Assembly (NCBI GenBank): GCA_963746845.1
Contig: CAVVCZ010000001.1
Location: 224,001-288,000 of the forward strand
Direction: 5' to 3'
Length of the DNA stretch: 64,000 nucleotides
DNA from: an uncultured Chloroflexia bacterium
GTDB lineage: Bacteria; Chloroflexota; Limnocylindria; Limnocylindrales; CSP1-4
Shown here piece by piece: positions 21,521 to 31,130 of this stretch; positions within the stretch are counted from its first letter, which is position 1, and every line of letters starts with the position of its first letter. The notes beneath the pieces are model-generated. The model was not told the DNA's origin. It saw only the letters and a program-made list of their open reading frames with translations, and did no database searches. The position numbers were made by a program, and so were the translations under genes.

Positions 21521-24181
21521 TCAGCCGTGCCCGTGGCCGGCGTGCTCACCGCCGTCCGCGCCATGGCCGGCCGTCAGGGCCGGGACGTGGCCGTTGCCGT
21601 TGCCGTCGTGCCCGTTGCCGGACCCGTCGCCGAGCTCCTTCGCGACGTACGCCGCGACCGATGCCGGGAGCATCGGCAGCAGCCGGGTCGGGGCGACGGG
21701 TCGGCCTGCGGCGGCCGCCCGCTCGGCCCAGTCGCGCTCGCGCCGGATGTAGGTCATCTCGGTCTCCTGGTCGACCGTCGCGAGGGCGATCAGGTCGACC
21801 ATCGGATCGACGCGCGAGGTGTGCGAGAGCTCGAAGTCGCCGCCGTCGCGCAGGGCGTCGTACGGGCACGCGTCGACGCAGATCCCGCACAGGATGCAGC
21901 GGCTCTCGTCGACGTCGTACGTCTGGAGGACGCGCGGCTTCGGCATCAGGGCGCCGGTCGGGCAGGTCTCGGCGCATCGGCCGCACGACACGCACGGGGT
22001 GTCGTTGAGGCTCATGTCGAGCGGCGTCGTGACGAGGGTGTCGAAGCCGATCCGCATGAAGTCGTAGCAGGCCGCCCCGACGACCTCGGAGCAGACCTGC
22101 GCGCACCGGCCGCAGTCGATGCAGCGCGAGGGCTCGCGCAGGATGAACGCGTGCGAGTCGTCCCGGATGTAGTCATGGTTGATGCCCGTGAACCGGTTCT
22201 CGGTCACGCTCCGGTAGCCCGCTCCCTGGTGGTTCTGCGGCTCGAGCGTCTGGAGCGTCGTCCCGTACTCGATCCCGAGACGGCGGAGGTCGCAGAACCC
22301 GATCGCCTCGCAGGTGCACTGGAGACAGCGCGTCGACTCCGCGACGACCTCCTCGCGGGTGTACGGGATCTCGTACTCGATGTAGCTGTCGTTGCGGACG
22401 CTCGCGGGCATCGCCTTCAGGCGGTAGCGGGGCTCCTTCTGCTCGCTCGTGAACGGGACGATCGAGAGGAACTCGGGCTGCGGCTCGGCGAGCTGCTGGC
22501 GGGTCTTGATCTCCGACAGGTCGAGGCCCTTCAGGAAGGCGTCGACCGCGTAGGCGGACCGGCGGCCCTCGGCGACCGCCTGGACGACGGTCGCGGCGCC
22601 GACACGGACGTCCCCGCTCCCGAAGACGCCCGGGCGGTCGGTGAGGAAGGTGACGGCGTCGGCCTTGAGACGCCTGTTCCGGGTCGGCTGCGGGCCTTCG
22701 GAGCCCGGCCCGATCCAGGTGAGCTCCGGGCCCTGGCCGATCGCGAGGAGGACCCGGTCGCACGGGATGACGAACTCGGTCCCCGGGGCCGGCTCCGGCC
22801 GGCGCCGCCCGGACGCGTCCGGCTCGCCCGGCCGGTTCCGGATGAACTCGACCCCGGTGACCTTGCCCTTGGCGTCGGTGATGACCCGCGTCGGGCCCGC
22901 CTGGAAGATCGCCTGGACGCCTTCCTCGATCGCCTCGTGGACCTCGTTCGCCGCCGGCATGTCCTTCATGTCGCGGCGGTAGACGAGGGTCACCTCGGCC
23001 GCGCCCTGGCGGATCGAGGTGCGGCTGCAGTCCATCGAGGTGAACCCGCCGCCGATGACGACGACGCGCTTGCCGGCGTGGCCCGGGTAGGGCAGGCCGA
23101 GGGTCGCCGTTCGGAGGTACTCGAGGCCGTCGAGGACCTCGGCCGCGTCCTCGCCCGGCACGCCGAGCTTGTTCGTGTCGTAGCAGCCGATCGCGATCAG
23201 CACGGCGTCGAAGCCCTGGTTCTGGAGGTCGTCCAGCCCGAAGTCCTTGCCGAGCTCCGCGTTGCAGACCATCTTCCCGCCGAGCCGGGTCACGGATTCG
23301 TACTCGGCCTCGAGGACCTCGACCTTCGGCAGGCGGTACTGCGGGATCCCGTAGCGGAGCATCCCGCCGGGCGCGGCGTCGCGCTCGAAGACGGTGACGT
23401 CGTGGCCCGCGATCAGCAGGTAGTACGCGGCGGCCATGCCGGCCGGCCCGGAGCCGATGACCGCGGCCTTCCGGCCACTCTTCGGCTGGACCTCGAACGG
23501 GATCGGCGGGTCCTCGCCGTCGTCCAGCATCATCTTGATGACCTGGTCGCCGGCGTAGCGATGGGAGTCGCGGATCGCGATCGCCTCGTCGACCTCGTCG
23601 CGCCGGCAGTGCTCCTCGCACGGCGCCGGGCAGACCCGGCCGAGGACGCTCGGGAACGGGATCGTCCGCTTGAAGATCCGGGTGGACTCGCGGAAGTTCG
23701 CCTCGGCGTTCGCCTTCAGGAAGCCCGGGATGTCGATGTGGCTCGGGCACTTGTTCTGGCAGGGCGGCAGGCAGTAGGCGTTGTGGTCCGAGAAGATCAG
23801 CTCGAGGTTCGTCCGGCGGAGACGGCGGACCTCCTCGGTCTGGGTCTTGACGACCATGTCCGGCTCGCACGTCCGCGAGCACGAGATCGGCGGGTGCTCC
23901 TCGCCCGCGACCTCGACGACGCACATCCGGCACGCGCCGAAGCCGGGCAGCTTCGGCTCGTAGCAGAGGGTCGGGATCTCGATCCCGTTGTCGCGGCAGA
24001 CCTCGAGGATCGTCTGCCCCTCGAAGCCCTCGACGACCCGGCCGTCGACCTCGATCCGGATGCGCGGCGACGACTGCGGCCGTTGCGGCGACTGGGTCGT
24101 GATCAGCCGCTCGGCGAGGCTGTCGTCGAACGGCTCGAGCGTGTTCGTTTCGACGTAGGGGCGCGGCAGCAGGTCGGTCAT
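21521..24181 (-). CDS. Fusion: NuoG-like Fe-S domain + GltD-like FAD/NAD(P)H domain + 2[4Fe-4S] + C-terminal half of NuoI
   Basis: IPTLC..GACRMC..SC; HNAYC; PPCQNKCP; [12 protein letters not shown]; IGSGPAG; [13 protein letters not shown]; RCLQCTC; CIDCGRC; [12 protein letters not shown]; [28 protein letters not shown]. Confidence 0.88.
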   Translation of the reverse strand: MTDLLPRPYVETNTLEPFDDSLAERLITTQSPQRPQSSPRIRIEVDGRVVEGFEGQTILEVCRDNGIEIPTLCYEPKLPGFGACRMCVVEVAGEEHPPISCSRTCEPDMVVKTQTEEVRRLRRTNLELIFSDHNAYCLPPCQNKCPSHIDIPGFLKANAEANFRESTRIFKRTIPFPSVLGRVCPAPCEEHCRRDEVDEAIAIRDSHRYAGDQVIKMMLDDGEDPPIPFEVQPKSGRKAAVIGSGPAGMAAAYYLLIAGHDVTVFERDAAPGGMLRYGIPQYRLPKVEVLEAEYESVTRLGGKMVCNAELGKDFGLDDLQNQGFDAVLIAIGCYDTNKLGVPGEDAAEVLDGLEYLRTATLGLPYPGHAGKRVVVIGGGFTSMDCSRTSIRQGAAEVTLVYRRDMKDMPAANEVHEAIEEGVQAIFQAGPTRVITDAKGKVTGVEFIRNRPGEPDASGRRRPEPAPGTEFVIPCDRVLLAIGQGPELTWIGPGSEGPQPTRNRRLKADAVTFLTDRPGVFGSGDVRVGAATVVQAVAEGRRSAYAVDAFLKGLDLSEIKTRQQLAEPQPEFLSIVPFTSEQKEPRYRLKAMPASVRNDSYIEYEIPYTREEVVAESTRCLQCTCEAIGFCDLRRLGIEYGTTLQTLEPQNHQGAGYRSVTENRFTGINHDYIRDDSHAFILREPSRCIDCGRCAQVCSEVVGAACYDFMRIGFDTLVTTPLDMSLNDTPCVSCGRCAETCPTGALMPKPRVLQTYDVDESRCILCGICVDACPYDALRDGGDFELSHTSRVDPMVDLIALATVDQETEMTYIRRERDWAERAAAAGRPVAPTRLLPMLPASVAAYVAKELGDGSGNGHDGNGNGHVPALTAGHGADGGEHAGHGHG

Positions 24182-24188
24182 CGTCTCG

Positions 24189-25556
24189 TCACTGAACGGC
24201 TGCGCTGGCGGCGACCGCGATCGGCCGGCAGACGCCGGCCGGGCACGAGCTCCGCAGGATGTGCTCGTCGAGCTCGGACTGGAAGTATCGCATCCCACTC
24301 GCGAACGGAAGGGTCGCCAGCCGCTCGTGGGCGCACAGTCCGGACCCGACGATGTCGTTCGACAGGTCGGCCAGGAGATACAGGTCGGTGGGCTTCGGGA
24401 CGCCGGTCGCGATCCGGTCGCCGATCTCGCTGATCCGGCGCAACCCGATCCGGCAGGGGATCGTCTTGCCGCACGCCTCGTCGGCGCAGTAGCGGGTCAG
24501 GAGCCGGGCGAGATCCACGATGCAGGCCCGCCGGTCCGCCGCGACGATCGAGCCGGAGCCGATGTGGGCCCCGACCGCGCGGAGCGCGTCGAACTCGTAC
24601 GGCGTGTCCGCGAACTCGGGCGGCAGGATCCCGCCGGACGGCCCACCGACGAGGATGGCCTTGAGATGCTTCTCGGCGTCCTTGCCGGTGAGGGCGAGGA
24701 TCTCGCGGAGCGGCGTCCCGATCGGAACCTCGGCGACGCCGGCACCGTCCGGCGTCCGGACCGACACGAGGATCGTGCCCGGGCTGCCCTTCGCGCCGAT
24801 CGCCGCGAAGGCCTCGGCACCGTTGACGAGGATCCACGGCACGGCGGCGAGGGTCTGGACGTTCTGGACGACCGTCGGCCGGCCGAACAGGCCCTTCGTC
24901 GCGGGCTGCGGCGGCCGCTGCTCGGGCTGGCCACGCTTGCCCTCGAGGGCCTTCAGGAGGACGGTCTCCTCGCCCAGCATGTAGGCGCCCTGGACCGGCC
25001 GGACGGTGAGGTCCATGACGTGCCCGGAGCCGAGGACGTCGTCGCCCGCGAGGGCCGCGTCCACGAGCCGCTCGATCGCCGTCTCGAGCGTCCGGATCGC
25101 ATCGACGGCCTCCGCCCGGACCGCGATGATCACCTCGTTCGCGCCGATCGCCAGGGCCGCGATCAGCGCCCCCTCGAGCACCGCGTAGGGGTTCCGCTCC
25201 AGCAGCGCGCGGTCCGTCCGGGACGACGGATCCGCGCCATAGCCGTTCGCCACCACGACCTTGCGCATCGCCGAGCGGTCGCCGCTGCCGGTGCCGGGCG
25301 CGACCACGTCCGGAGCCGGCGCGTTCGCCGCGACGCGCCATTTCTCGGCGGTCGGGAAGCCCGCTCCGCCGCGGCCGCGGAGTCCGGAGGCGGCGATCGT
25401 CGCGATCGTTCCGGCCGAGCCCAGGTCGTGCATCGCCTTCGCGAGTCCCTCGAAGGCGCCCGCCTCGCGGGCGGCGTCGAGATCGAGGGGATCCCGGTTG
25501 CCGCGCGGCAGGAGGATCGCCGGCCAGGACCGCGCTGTGCGGAGGATCGTCGTCAT
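24189..25556 (-). CDS. NuoF-like flavoprotein with degenerate motifs
   Basis: SGLRGRGGAGFPT, GEETVLLKALEGKRGQP, GGPSGG, CGKTIPCRIG..LC. Confidence 0.85.
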   Translation of the reverse strand: MTTILRTARSWPAILLPRGNRDPLDLDAAREAGAFEGLAKAMHDLGSAGTIATIAASGLRGRGGAGFPTAEKWRVAANAPAPDVVAPGTGSGDRSAMRKVVVANGYGADPSSRTDRALLERNPYAVLEGALIAALAIGANEVIIAVRAEAVDAIRTLETAIERLVDAALAGDDVLGSGHVMDLTVRPVQGAYMLGEETVLLKALEGKRGQPEQRPPQPATKGLFGRPTVVQNVQTLAAVPWILVNGAEAFAAIGAKGSPGTILVSVRTPDGAGVAEVPIGTPLREILALTGKDAEKHLKAILVGGPSGGILPPEFADTPYEFDALRAVGAHIGSGSIVAADRRACIVDLARLLTRYCADEACGKTIPCRIGLRRISEIGDRIATGVPKPTDLYLLADLSNDIVGSGLCAHERLATLPFASGMRYFQSELDEHILRSSCPAGVCRPIAVAASAAVQ

Positions 25557-25577
25557 CGCGGGATCGTCGTCATCGCG
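25544..25577. repeat. Perfect 17-bp tandem duplication spanning the NuoF-like start codon
   Basis: GGATCGTCGTCATCGCG at 25544-25560 and 25561-25577. Confidence 0.95.
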
Positions 25578-25578
25578 T

Positions 25579-26241
25579 TCAGGCCCGCGCCTGGCCGGCG
25601 AGGGAGGCATCGAGGCCCGCGAGGTACGTGCTCTCGCGGCCGGCGCGTGCGGCGGCGGTCGCGGCTGCGAGGGGCTCGGCGGCCGGCGGCTCGAACCGCA
25701 GGTGGCGGTAGTAGGTCGCCGTCCCGTAGATCATCGCGTACCAGGCACCGGTCCTCTGGCTGATCAGCTTCAGCGCCGCGACGGGCAGGTGGCCGTACTC
25801 CGCCTGGGTCGCGTCGAGGATCTCGAGCATCCGCTTGGGGTCGAAGTCGTAGCGCTCGAGGATCGCCTCGAGGGCCTCGGGGTGGATCGGGTCGAAGTGC
25901 GCGTAGGCCTGGTCCGGCACAGGCCGGCCGGAGCGCCGGAGCGCCAATTCGTCGCGCCGCTCGCCGTAGGTCTCCGGGGCGCCCCAGTGGATGTGGTACC
26001 GGCCCTTCGTGTCGACACCGCCCATGTCGATGCACTCGATCGGGCAGGCCTGGGCGCACTGGAAGCACGTCTCGCACTTCAGCGTGCCGTACTCGTCGTA
26101 GAGCAGCTGGAGCCGGCCGCGGAACTTCGGCGGGACGTCGAGCCGCACCTCGGGGTACTTGATCGTCGCCTTCGGCTCGAAGAACTTCTTCAGCGTCAGG
26201 CCCATGCCCTTGACGATCCCGAGACCGGGCAGCGGGATCAT
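25579..26241 (-). CDS. Fusion: N-terminal half of NuoI + N-terminal helical domain of NuoE
   Basis: KGMGLTLKKFF..TIKYPE..FRGR..CETCFQCAQACP (one motif only), then LEILDATQAEYGHLP..IYGTATYY; no NuoE [2Fe-2S] cysteines. Confidence 0.85.
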   Translation of the reverse strand: MIPLPGLGIVKGMGLTLKKFFEPKATIKYPEVRLDVPPKFRGRLQLLYDEYGTLKCETCFQCAQACPIECIDMGGVDTKGRYHIHWGAPETYGERRDELALRRSGRPVPDQAYAHFDPIHPEALEAILERYDFDPKRMLEILDATQAEYGHLPVAALKLISQRTGAWYAMIYGTATYYRHLRFEPPAAEPLAAATAAARAGRESTYLAGLDASLAGQARA

Positions 26242-27587
26242 CGCGGCAGCACGACGAGGATCGCGGCGGCCGTCACGAACAGGTTCAGCAGCGAGGCCGG
26301 CAGCAGCCACTTCCAGGCGAAGTTCATCAGCTGGTCGATCCGGACGCGGGGCAGCGTGCCGCGCATCCACACGAAAATGAACACGAACGTGTAGGCCTTG
26401 AGCAGGAACCAGAGCAGCCCGGCCACCCAGTCCCAGCTGATGAACACGGCGCCGCCGATGACGACGATCACGAGCAGGTTGAACAGGATGAAGCCGATGA
26501 TCAGCGCCTGCCACCACGGCAGCGAGCTCCGCCCGACGTAGAACGGCGCCGAGAGCGCGAGGATCAGGAGCGGCGGGACGATCAGGAGGGCGAACAGCAG
26601 CCCCAGCCCCATCGAGCCCGGGTCGAGGTTCAGGTGGATCGCCCAGGCCTCGGGCCAGGCGATCGGGGCGTTCCAGCCACCGAAGAACAGCGTGACGATC
26701 AGGCCCGAGACGACGAACACGTTCACGTACTCGGCGAAGAAGAAGAACCCGAACCGCATGCCGGAGTACTCGGTCGCGAAGCCCGCGACGATCTCGCTGT
26801 CCGCCTCGGTCAGGTCGAACGGCGTCCGGTTCGCCTCCGCCGTCGCGGCGATGAAGAAGATCAGCGCGCCGAGCGGCTGCTGGAACACGTACCAGTTCGT
26901 GAACCAGCCGGCCTGGTTGAGCGTGATCTGGTTGAGGCTCATCGTCCCGGCCAGGAGCAGCAGGCCGACGACCGACAGGGTCAGCGGGATCTCGTAGCTG
27001 ATCACCTGGGCTGCCGACCGCAGCCCGCCGAGCAGCGAGTACTTGTTGAACGACGACCAGCCGCCCATCAGCAAGCCGACCACCGTCAGGCCGCTGACGG
27101 CGAACAGGTAGAGCAGGCCGATGTTGAAGTCCTGCCCGAACAGGCCCGGGGCGAACGGCAGGACGAGCAGCGCCATCACGGCGGACATGTAGACGACGAC
27201 CGGGGCGAGGGTGAACACGATCCGGTCGGAGCCGGTCGGGCTGAAGTCCTCCTTCATCAGGACCTTGAGCCCGTGGACCACCGACAGGAGCGACCCGTAC
27301 GGGCCCACCCGGTCCGGCCCGATCCGGAGGTTCATCAGGGCGATGACCTTCATCTCCATGTAGATGATCAGGAACGCCGACGGGACGCTCATCAGGAGGA
27401 CCGCGGTCGCCGCGACGATGAAGCGGACGAGCCACAGGTTCGCGGCGAGGAAGTCGACGATCGGCTTGCCGAACAGGACGATGACGAGGGCAAGGCCCGC
27501 CGTGAGCAGGAGCAGGATCGGGACGATCGTGAAGATCAGCTTCCCGGCCAGCGTCAGGCGGCCCCAGGAGCGGGCCATCGTGGTCAC
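26238..27587 (-). CDS. nuoH: NADH-quinone oxidoreductase subunit H
   Basis: RIGPDRVGP, GGLRSAAQVISYE, AEANRTPFDLTEADSEIVAGFATEYSG, RGTLPRVRIDQ; GGAG before GTG 27587. Confidence 0.95.
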   Translation of the reverse strand: MTTMARSWGRLTLAGKLIFTIVPILLLLTAGLALVIVLFGKPIVDFLAANLWLVRFIVAATAVLLMSVPSAFLIIYMEMKVIALMNLRIGPDRVGPYGSLLSVVHGLKVLMKEDFSPTGSDRIVFTLAPVVVYMSAVMALLVLPFAPGLFGQDFNIGLLYLFAVSGLTVVGLLMGGWSSFNKYSLLGGLRSAAQVISYEIPLTLSVVGLLLLAGTMSLNQITLNQAGWFTNWYVFQQPLGALIFFIAATAEANRTPFDLTEADSEIVAGFATEYSGMRFGFFFFAEYVNVFVVSGLIVTLFFGGWNAPIAWPEAWAIHLNLDPGSMGLGLLFALLIVPPLLILALSAPFYVGRSSLPWWQALIIGFILFNLLVIVVIGGAVFISWDWVAGLLWFLLKAYTFVFIFVWMRGTLPRVRIDQLMNFAWKWLLPASLLNLFVTAAAILVVLPR

Positions 27588-27639
27588 GCCGCGACTCCCC
27601 GCGCGTGTGACCGCGCCCACTCCGCGGGCCTGCCCAAGC

Positions 27640-27821
27640 CCGGAAATTGTCGAATGTCACCCACGGCGTCCTTGTCCATCGACACCGTGGAGATTCGGCG
27701 CGCTCCGGCGCATGCGGGGTCCGCCGTTAGCCTCAGGCGGCTACTTGTCGACCGGTCCGGGAGGTCTACGCGCGTGCCAGGCTGGATAGCGACGCTCACG
27801 CCGGCATTCGACAAGGTCCGG
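27640..27821. repeat. Structured element with terminal inverted repeats in the nuoD-nuoH spacer (MITE/REP-like)
   Basis: CCGGA-aa-TTGTCGAATG ... CATTCGACAA-gg-TCCGG; internal hairpins at 27661-27690 and 27721-27740. Confidence 0.55.
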
Positions 27822-27852
27822 CGTCGGGGCGTGCCGGGGACGAGCCTGGGCG

Positions 27853-27936
27853 TCACTTGTCCACGCCGCCGTCCTCGGGCCGATGGCGTCGCGGAGCTCC
27901 GCCTCGGGCCTCGGAGGACACATGCCGGCGCGTCAT
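27853..27936 (-). CDS. Putative 27-aa peptide coupled to nuoD and ending in the same GGVDK
   Basis: ATG overlaps nuoD stop (ATGA); MTRRHVSSEARGGAPRRHRPEDGGVDK*. Confidence 0.3.
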   Translation of the reverse strand: MTRRHVSSEARGGAPRRHRPEDGGVDK

Positions 27937-29174
27937 TTGTCGACCCCGCCCATGATCGGATCCAACGAGGCCATGACCGCCATCGCGTCGGCGATCAGGT
28001 GGCCCGGCATCAGCACGCCGACCGACTGGAGGTGGACGAACGATGGGTCGTGGATCCGCATCCGGAACGGTTGGTCCGTGCCGTCGCTGATCACGTACGC
28101 CGCGTACTGCCCGCGCGGCCCCTCGACCGCGGCATAGGCCCGGCCCGGTCGCGGGCGGAGCAGCCGCGGGAGCTTGGCGGTCACCGGCCCGTCCGGCATC
28201 TGGTGGAGGCACTGGTCGATGATCCGGAGGCTCTGTTTGATCTCGTCCATCCGGACCAGGTAGCGGGCGAGGCAGTCGCCCTCGTCGCGGGTCGGGATGT
28301 CGAAGTCGAGCTCCGGGAAGATGCTGTACGGATGGGCGCGCCGGAAGTCGAGCGGGACGCCCGTCGCCCGCAGGTTCGGACCGGTCACGGCCATGCGGAA
28401 CGCCGTTTCCTGGTCCAGCGTGCCGAGGCCGCGCATCCGCCGGACGAAGATCTCGTTCGCGTTCAGCAGGCCCAGGTTGTTCTCGATCTGGGTCGTCGCC
28501 CGGCTCATCCAGTCGCCGAGCCGGCTCATGAACTCGTGGTTCAGGTCGCCGTTGACGCCGCCGATCCGGATGTAGTTGTAGAGCAGCCGCTGGCCGGTCA
28601 GGGCCGCGAGCATCTCGGCGATCTCGTCGCGCTCGATGAAGCTCCACAGGATCGGGGTCAGGCCGCCGAGATCGAGCGCCATCCAGCCCATGAACAGCGA
28701 GTGCGACAGGATCCGGTTCAGCTCGGTCGCGAGGACCCGGATGTACTCGGCGCGGCGCGGCACCTCGACGTCCAGCAGCTTCTCGAACGCGAGGACGCCC
28801 GGCCACTCGCAGAACAGCGAGCTGATGTACTCGAGCGGGTCGAGGTAGGCGATCGAGTGGTGGTAGTCGGCGTTCTCGCAGAGCTTCTCGACGCCGCGAT
28901 GGAGGTAGCCGAGGACCGGATCCAGGTCGACGACCTTCTCGCCCTCGAGCTTGAGGACGATCCGGAGCACGCCGTGGGTCGACGGGTGCTGCGGCCCCAT
29001 GTTGATGAACATCTCGCCGTCGCCGAGGGTGTAGAACTCCGACTCGCGCTCGGTCCGGGGCGGGTACGGCGGGACCGGCTCGAAGACGCCCGCCGCCTCG
29101 TCGAGCTGGACGCGCGGGTCGTCCGACGGCACCTCGTGGTGGGGGTGGCCGTGGGGCGCCTTCGCTGCTGTCAC
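27933..29174 (-). CDS. nuoD: NADH-quinone oxidoreductase subunit D
   Basis: INMGPQHPSTHGVLR, GYLHRGVEK, ELNRILSH, EGPRG, DPIMGGVDK. Confidence 0.95.
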   Translation of the reverse strand: MTAAKAPHGHPHHEVPSDDPRVQLDEAAGVFEPVPPYPPRTERESEFYTLGDGEMFINMGPQHPSTHGVLRIVLKLEGEKVVDLDPVLGYLHRGVEKLCENADYHHSIAYLDPLEYISSLFCEWPGVLAFEKLLDVEVPRRAEYIRVLATELNRILSHSLFMGWMALDLGGLTPILWSFIERDEIAEMLAALTGQRLLYNYIRIGGVNGDLNHEFMSRLGDWMSRATTQIENNLGLLNANEIFVRRMRGLGTLDQETAFRMAVTGPNLRATGVPLDFRRAHPYSIFPELDFDIPTRDEGDCLARYLVRMDEIKQSLRIIDQCLHQMPDGPVTAKLPRLLRPRPGRAYAAVEGPRGQYAAYVISDGTDQPFRMRIHDPSFVHLQSVGVLMPGHLIADAMAVMASLDPIMGGVDK

Positions 29175-29719
29175 GCACGCACCTTCCGGACCATGTCGGC
29201 CGGGCGGGCGTTGCGCGGCGCATGCGACTGCTCCATGTGCCGGACGCCGGCCCCTGGCGAGCGTGCCGCGTCGTCCGCGAGGTAGAAGTCCTTGCGGAGC
29301 GGAAACGCCTGGTAGTCGGGCGGCATGTAGATCCGGCGGAGGTCGCGGTTGCCCTCGAACGTGATCCCGAACATGTCGTAGGCCTCGCGCTCCATCCACT
29401 CGGCGCCCTGCCAGAGGAAGGTCACCGACGGGACGCGGGGATCGTCGCGGGACAGCCCGTCGGCGATGACGCGAAGCCAGTCCGGGCTCGACTCACCCCA
29501 CAGGTGATAGACCACCTGCATCGAATGGCCGGTGTCGACGCCGGCGAGGTCGGCCAGGAGGCGGAACCCGAAGGCGGGCTCGTCGTGGAGCGCGCGAACG
29601 ACGTCCGGCACGTCGCCCGGCCCGATCCGGATCTCCGTCTCGTCGTGACGCTGTGCGATGGGCCCGGTCAGGCGATCGCCGAAACGTGCCTGCAGCCGTC
29701 GCTTGAGGGCGGCGTCCAT
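29171..29719 (-). CDS. nuoC: NADH-quinone oxidoreductase subunit C
   Basis: WMEREAYDMFGITFEGNRDLRRIYMP..PLRKDF. Confidence 0.93.
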   Translation of the reverse strand: MDAALKRRLQARFGDRLTGPIAQRHDETEIRIGPGDVPDVVRALHDEPAFGFRLLADLAGVDTGHSMQVVYHLWGESSPDWLRVIADGLSRDDPRVPSVTFLWQGAEWMEREAYDMFGITFEGNRDLRRIYMPPDYQAFPLRKDFYLADDAARSPGAGVRHMEQSHAPRNARPADMVRKVRA

Positions 29720-30462
29720 CAGACGTCCGTCGGCACGGTGGGTCCGATCGCCCGATCCGGCCAGTGCCCGCGGCGGTCCTTGACGAGCTGCTGGAGCTTC
29801 ATCATCCCGTAGATCAGCCCCTCGGGACGCGGCGGGCAACCGGGGACGTAGACGTCGACCGGCATGACGCGGTCGATGCCTTCGATCGTCGCGTAGCTCC
29901 GCTTGTACCGGCCGCCGGAGCACGTGCAGTCGCCCATCGCGACGCACCACTTCGGCTCCGGCATCTGCTCCCAGAGGCGCACGAGCGGCCCGGCCATCTT
30001 CGTCGTCAGGGTGCCCGCGACGATCAGCACGTCTGCCTGGCGCGGCGAGGCGCGGAACGGGAACATGCCCCAGCGGTCCATGTCGTTTCGCGACGTGGCC
30101 GACGACATCATCTCCATCGCGCAGCAGGCCAGACCCGACAGGAGCGGCCACAGGCTGTTCGCCCGGATCAGGTCGAGGACGTAGTCGGCCTTCGTCGGGA
30201 TGACCTCGAGCGGACCGGACCAGCGGGCGTCGTCGCGCCGGCCGAGCCCGGACTCCTCGAACTCCCGGAGGTGGGTGACGTCCGGCTCGAGGCCGGCCTG
30301 GTAGGCGTTCGGGTCGACCGACTTCCAGAGGGTGTTCGAGACGACGATCGGCTCGGTCACGGCCGTCCGGCTGACGACCAGGGCCGAGGCCTCGTCGGTC
30401 GCCGCCGCCCGGTCGTCCGGCTCGACCGCCGGGATCGCCCCCGCCTCCTCGTTCAGCGCCAT
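29719..30462 (-). CDS. nuoB: NADH-quinone oxidoreductase subunit B
   Basis: [36 protein letters not shown]. Confidence 0.95.
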   Translation of the reverse strand: MALNEEAGAIPAVEPDDRAAATDEASALVVSRTAVTEPIVVSNTLWKSVDPNAYQAGLEPDVTHLREFEESGLGRRDDARWSGPLEVIPTKADYVLDLIRANSLWPLLSGLACCAMEMMSSATSRNDMDRWGMFPFRASPRQADVLIVAGTLTTKMAGPLVRLWEQMPEPKWCVAMGDCTCSGGRYKRSYATIEGIDRVMPVDVYVPGCPPRPEGLIYGMMKLQQLVKDRRGHWPDRAIGPTVPTDV

Positions 30463-30818
30463 TCGAGGACCCCCTTCCGCCAGGCGTAGGCAAGCCCGAG
30501 CAGGAGGATGCCGACGAACACGAGCATGCTCAGGAACAGGGCGGCCGGGTCGACCGCCGGGTCGCGGAAGACGATCGCCCACAGGAAGATGAAGACGACC
30601 TCGATGTCGAAGGCGACGAACAGCAGGGCGTAGATGTAGAAGGAGAGGCCGAACCTGCCGTGGGTGTCGCCGTACGTGTCGATGCCCGACTCGTACGGGA
30701 GGCCCTTGTGCGCGTCGCCGCGGTTGCGGTGGGAGACCAGCCACGCGGCGCCGATCGTCAGGAACACGAACGACACGCCGGCGAACAGGAACCCCACGAC
30801 GTACCAGATCTGGGTCAC
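30453..30818 (-). CDS. nuoA: NADH-quinone oxidoreductase subunit A
   Basis: [37 protein letters not shown]. Confidence 0.93.
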   Translation of the reverse strand: MTQIWYVVGFLFAGVSFVFLTIGAAWLVSHRNRGDAHKGLPYESGIDTYGDTHGRFGLSFYIYALLFVAFDIEVVFIFLWAIVFRDPAVDPAALFLSMLVFVGILLLGLAYAWRKGVLEWR

Positions 30819-31130
30819 TCGACGGTCACTCCCGGTGGGCCCCGGGTCGATCGCCCACCCCGAGCCACGGCGTCGGGAACGGCGGTCCACCCTGATGCGC
30901 GGCCGGCAAACGTGAGCCACGCCACGCACCGGCATTCTACCGTCCTGCGTGAGTTCGGATGGCCGCCGCGTCCGGGTGCCGGCGCCCTCTGCGACGCCCG
31001 TGTTGGCGCCCCTTGTCGGATCACGGACAGGCTCGCAGGCGCGAGGGCTCGTATGCTGCGATGAGCGCGCGGCCGAGCCGCTGCCCCCACGCTGATGCGC
31101 CGCCGCCGCCCCGTGGCGGAGGGCGCCCCG

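Noticed and set aside
24440-24480. Selenocysteine or recoding explaining the missing NuoF cysteine
   Set aside because: The codon is ACG (Thr), not TGA
26005-26030. MGGVDTK at the NuoI split point resembling the NuoD C-terminus MGGVDK
   Set aside because: Too short to separate from chance
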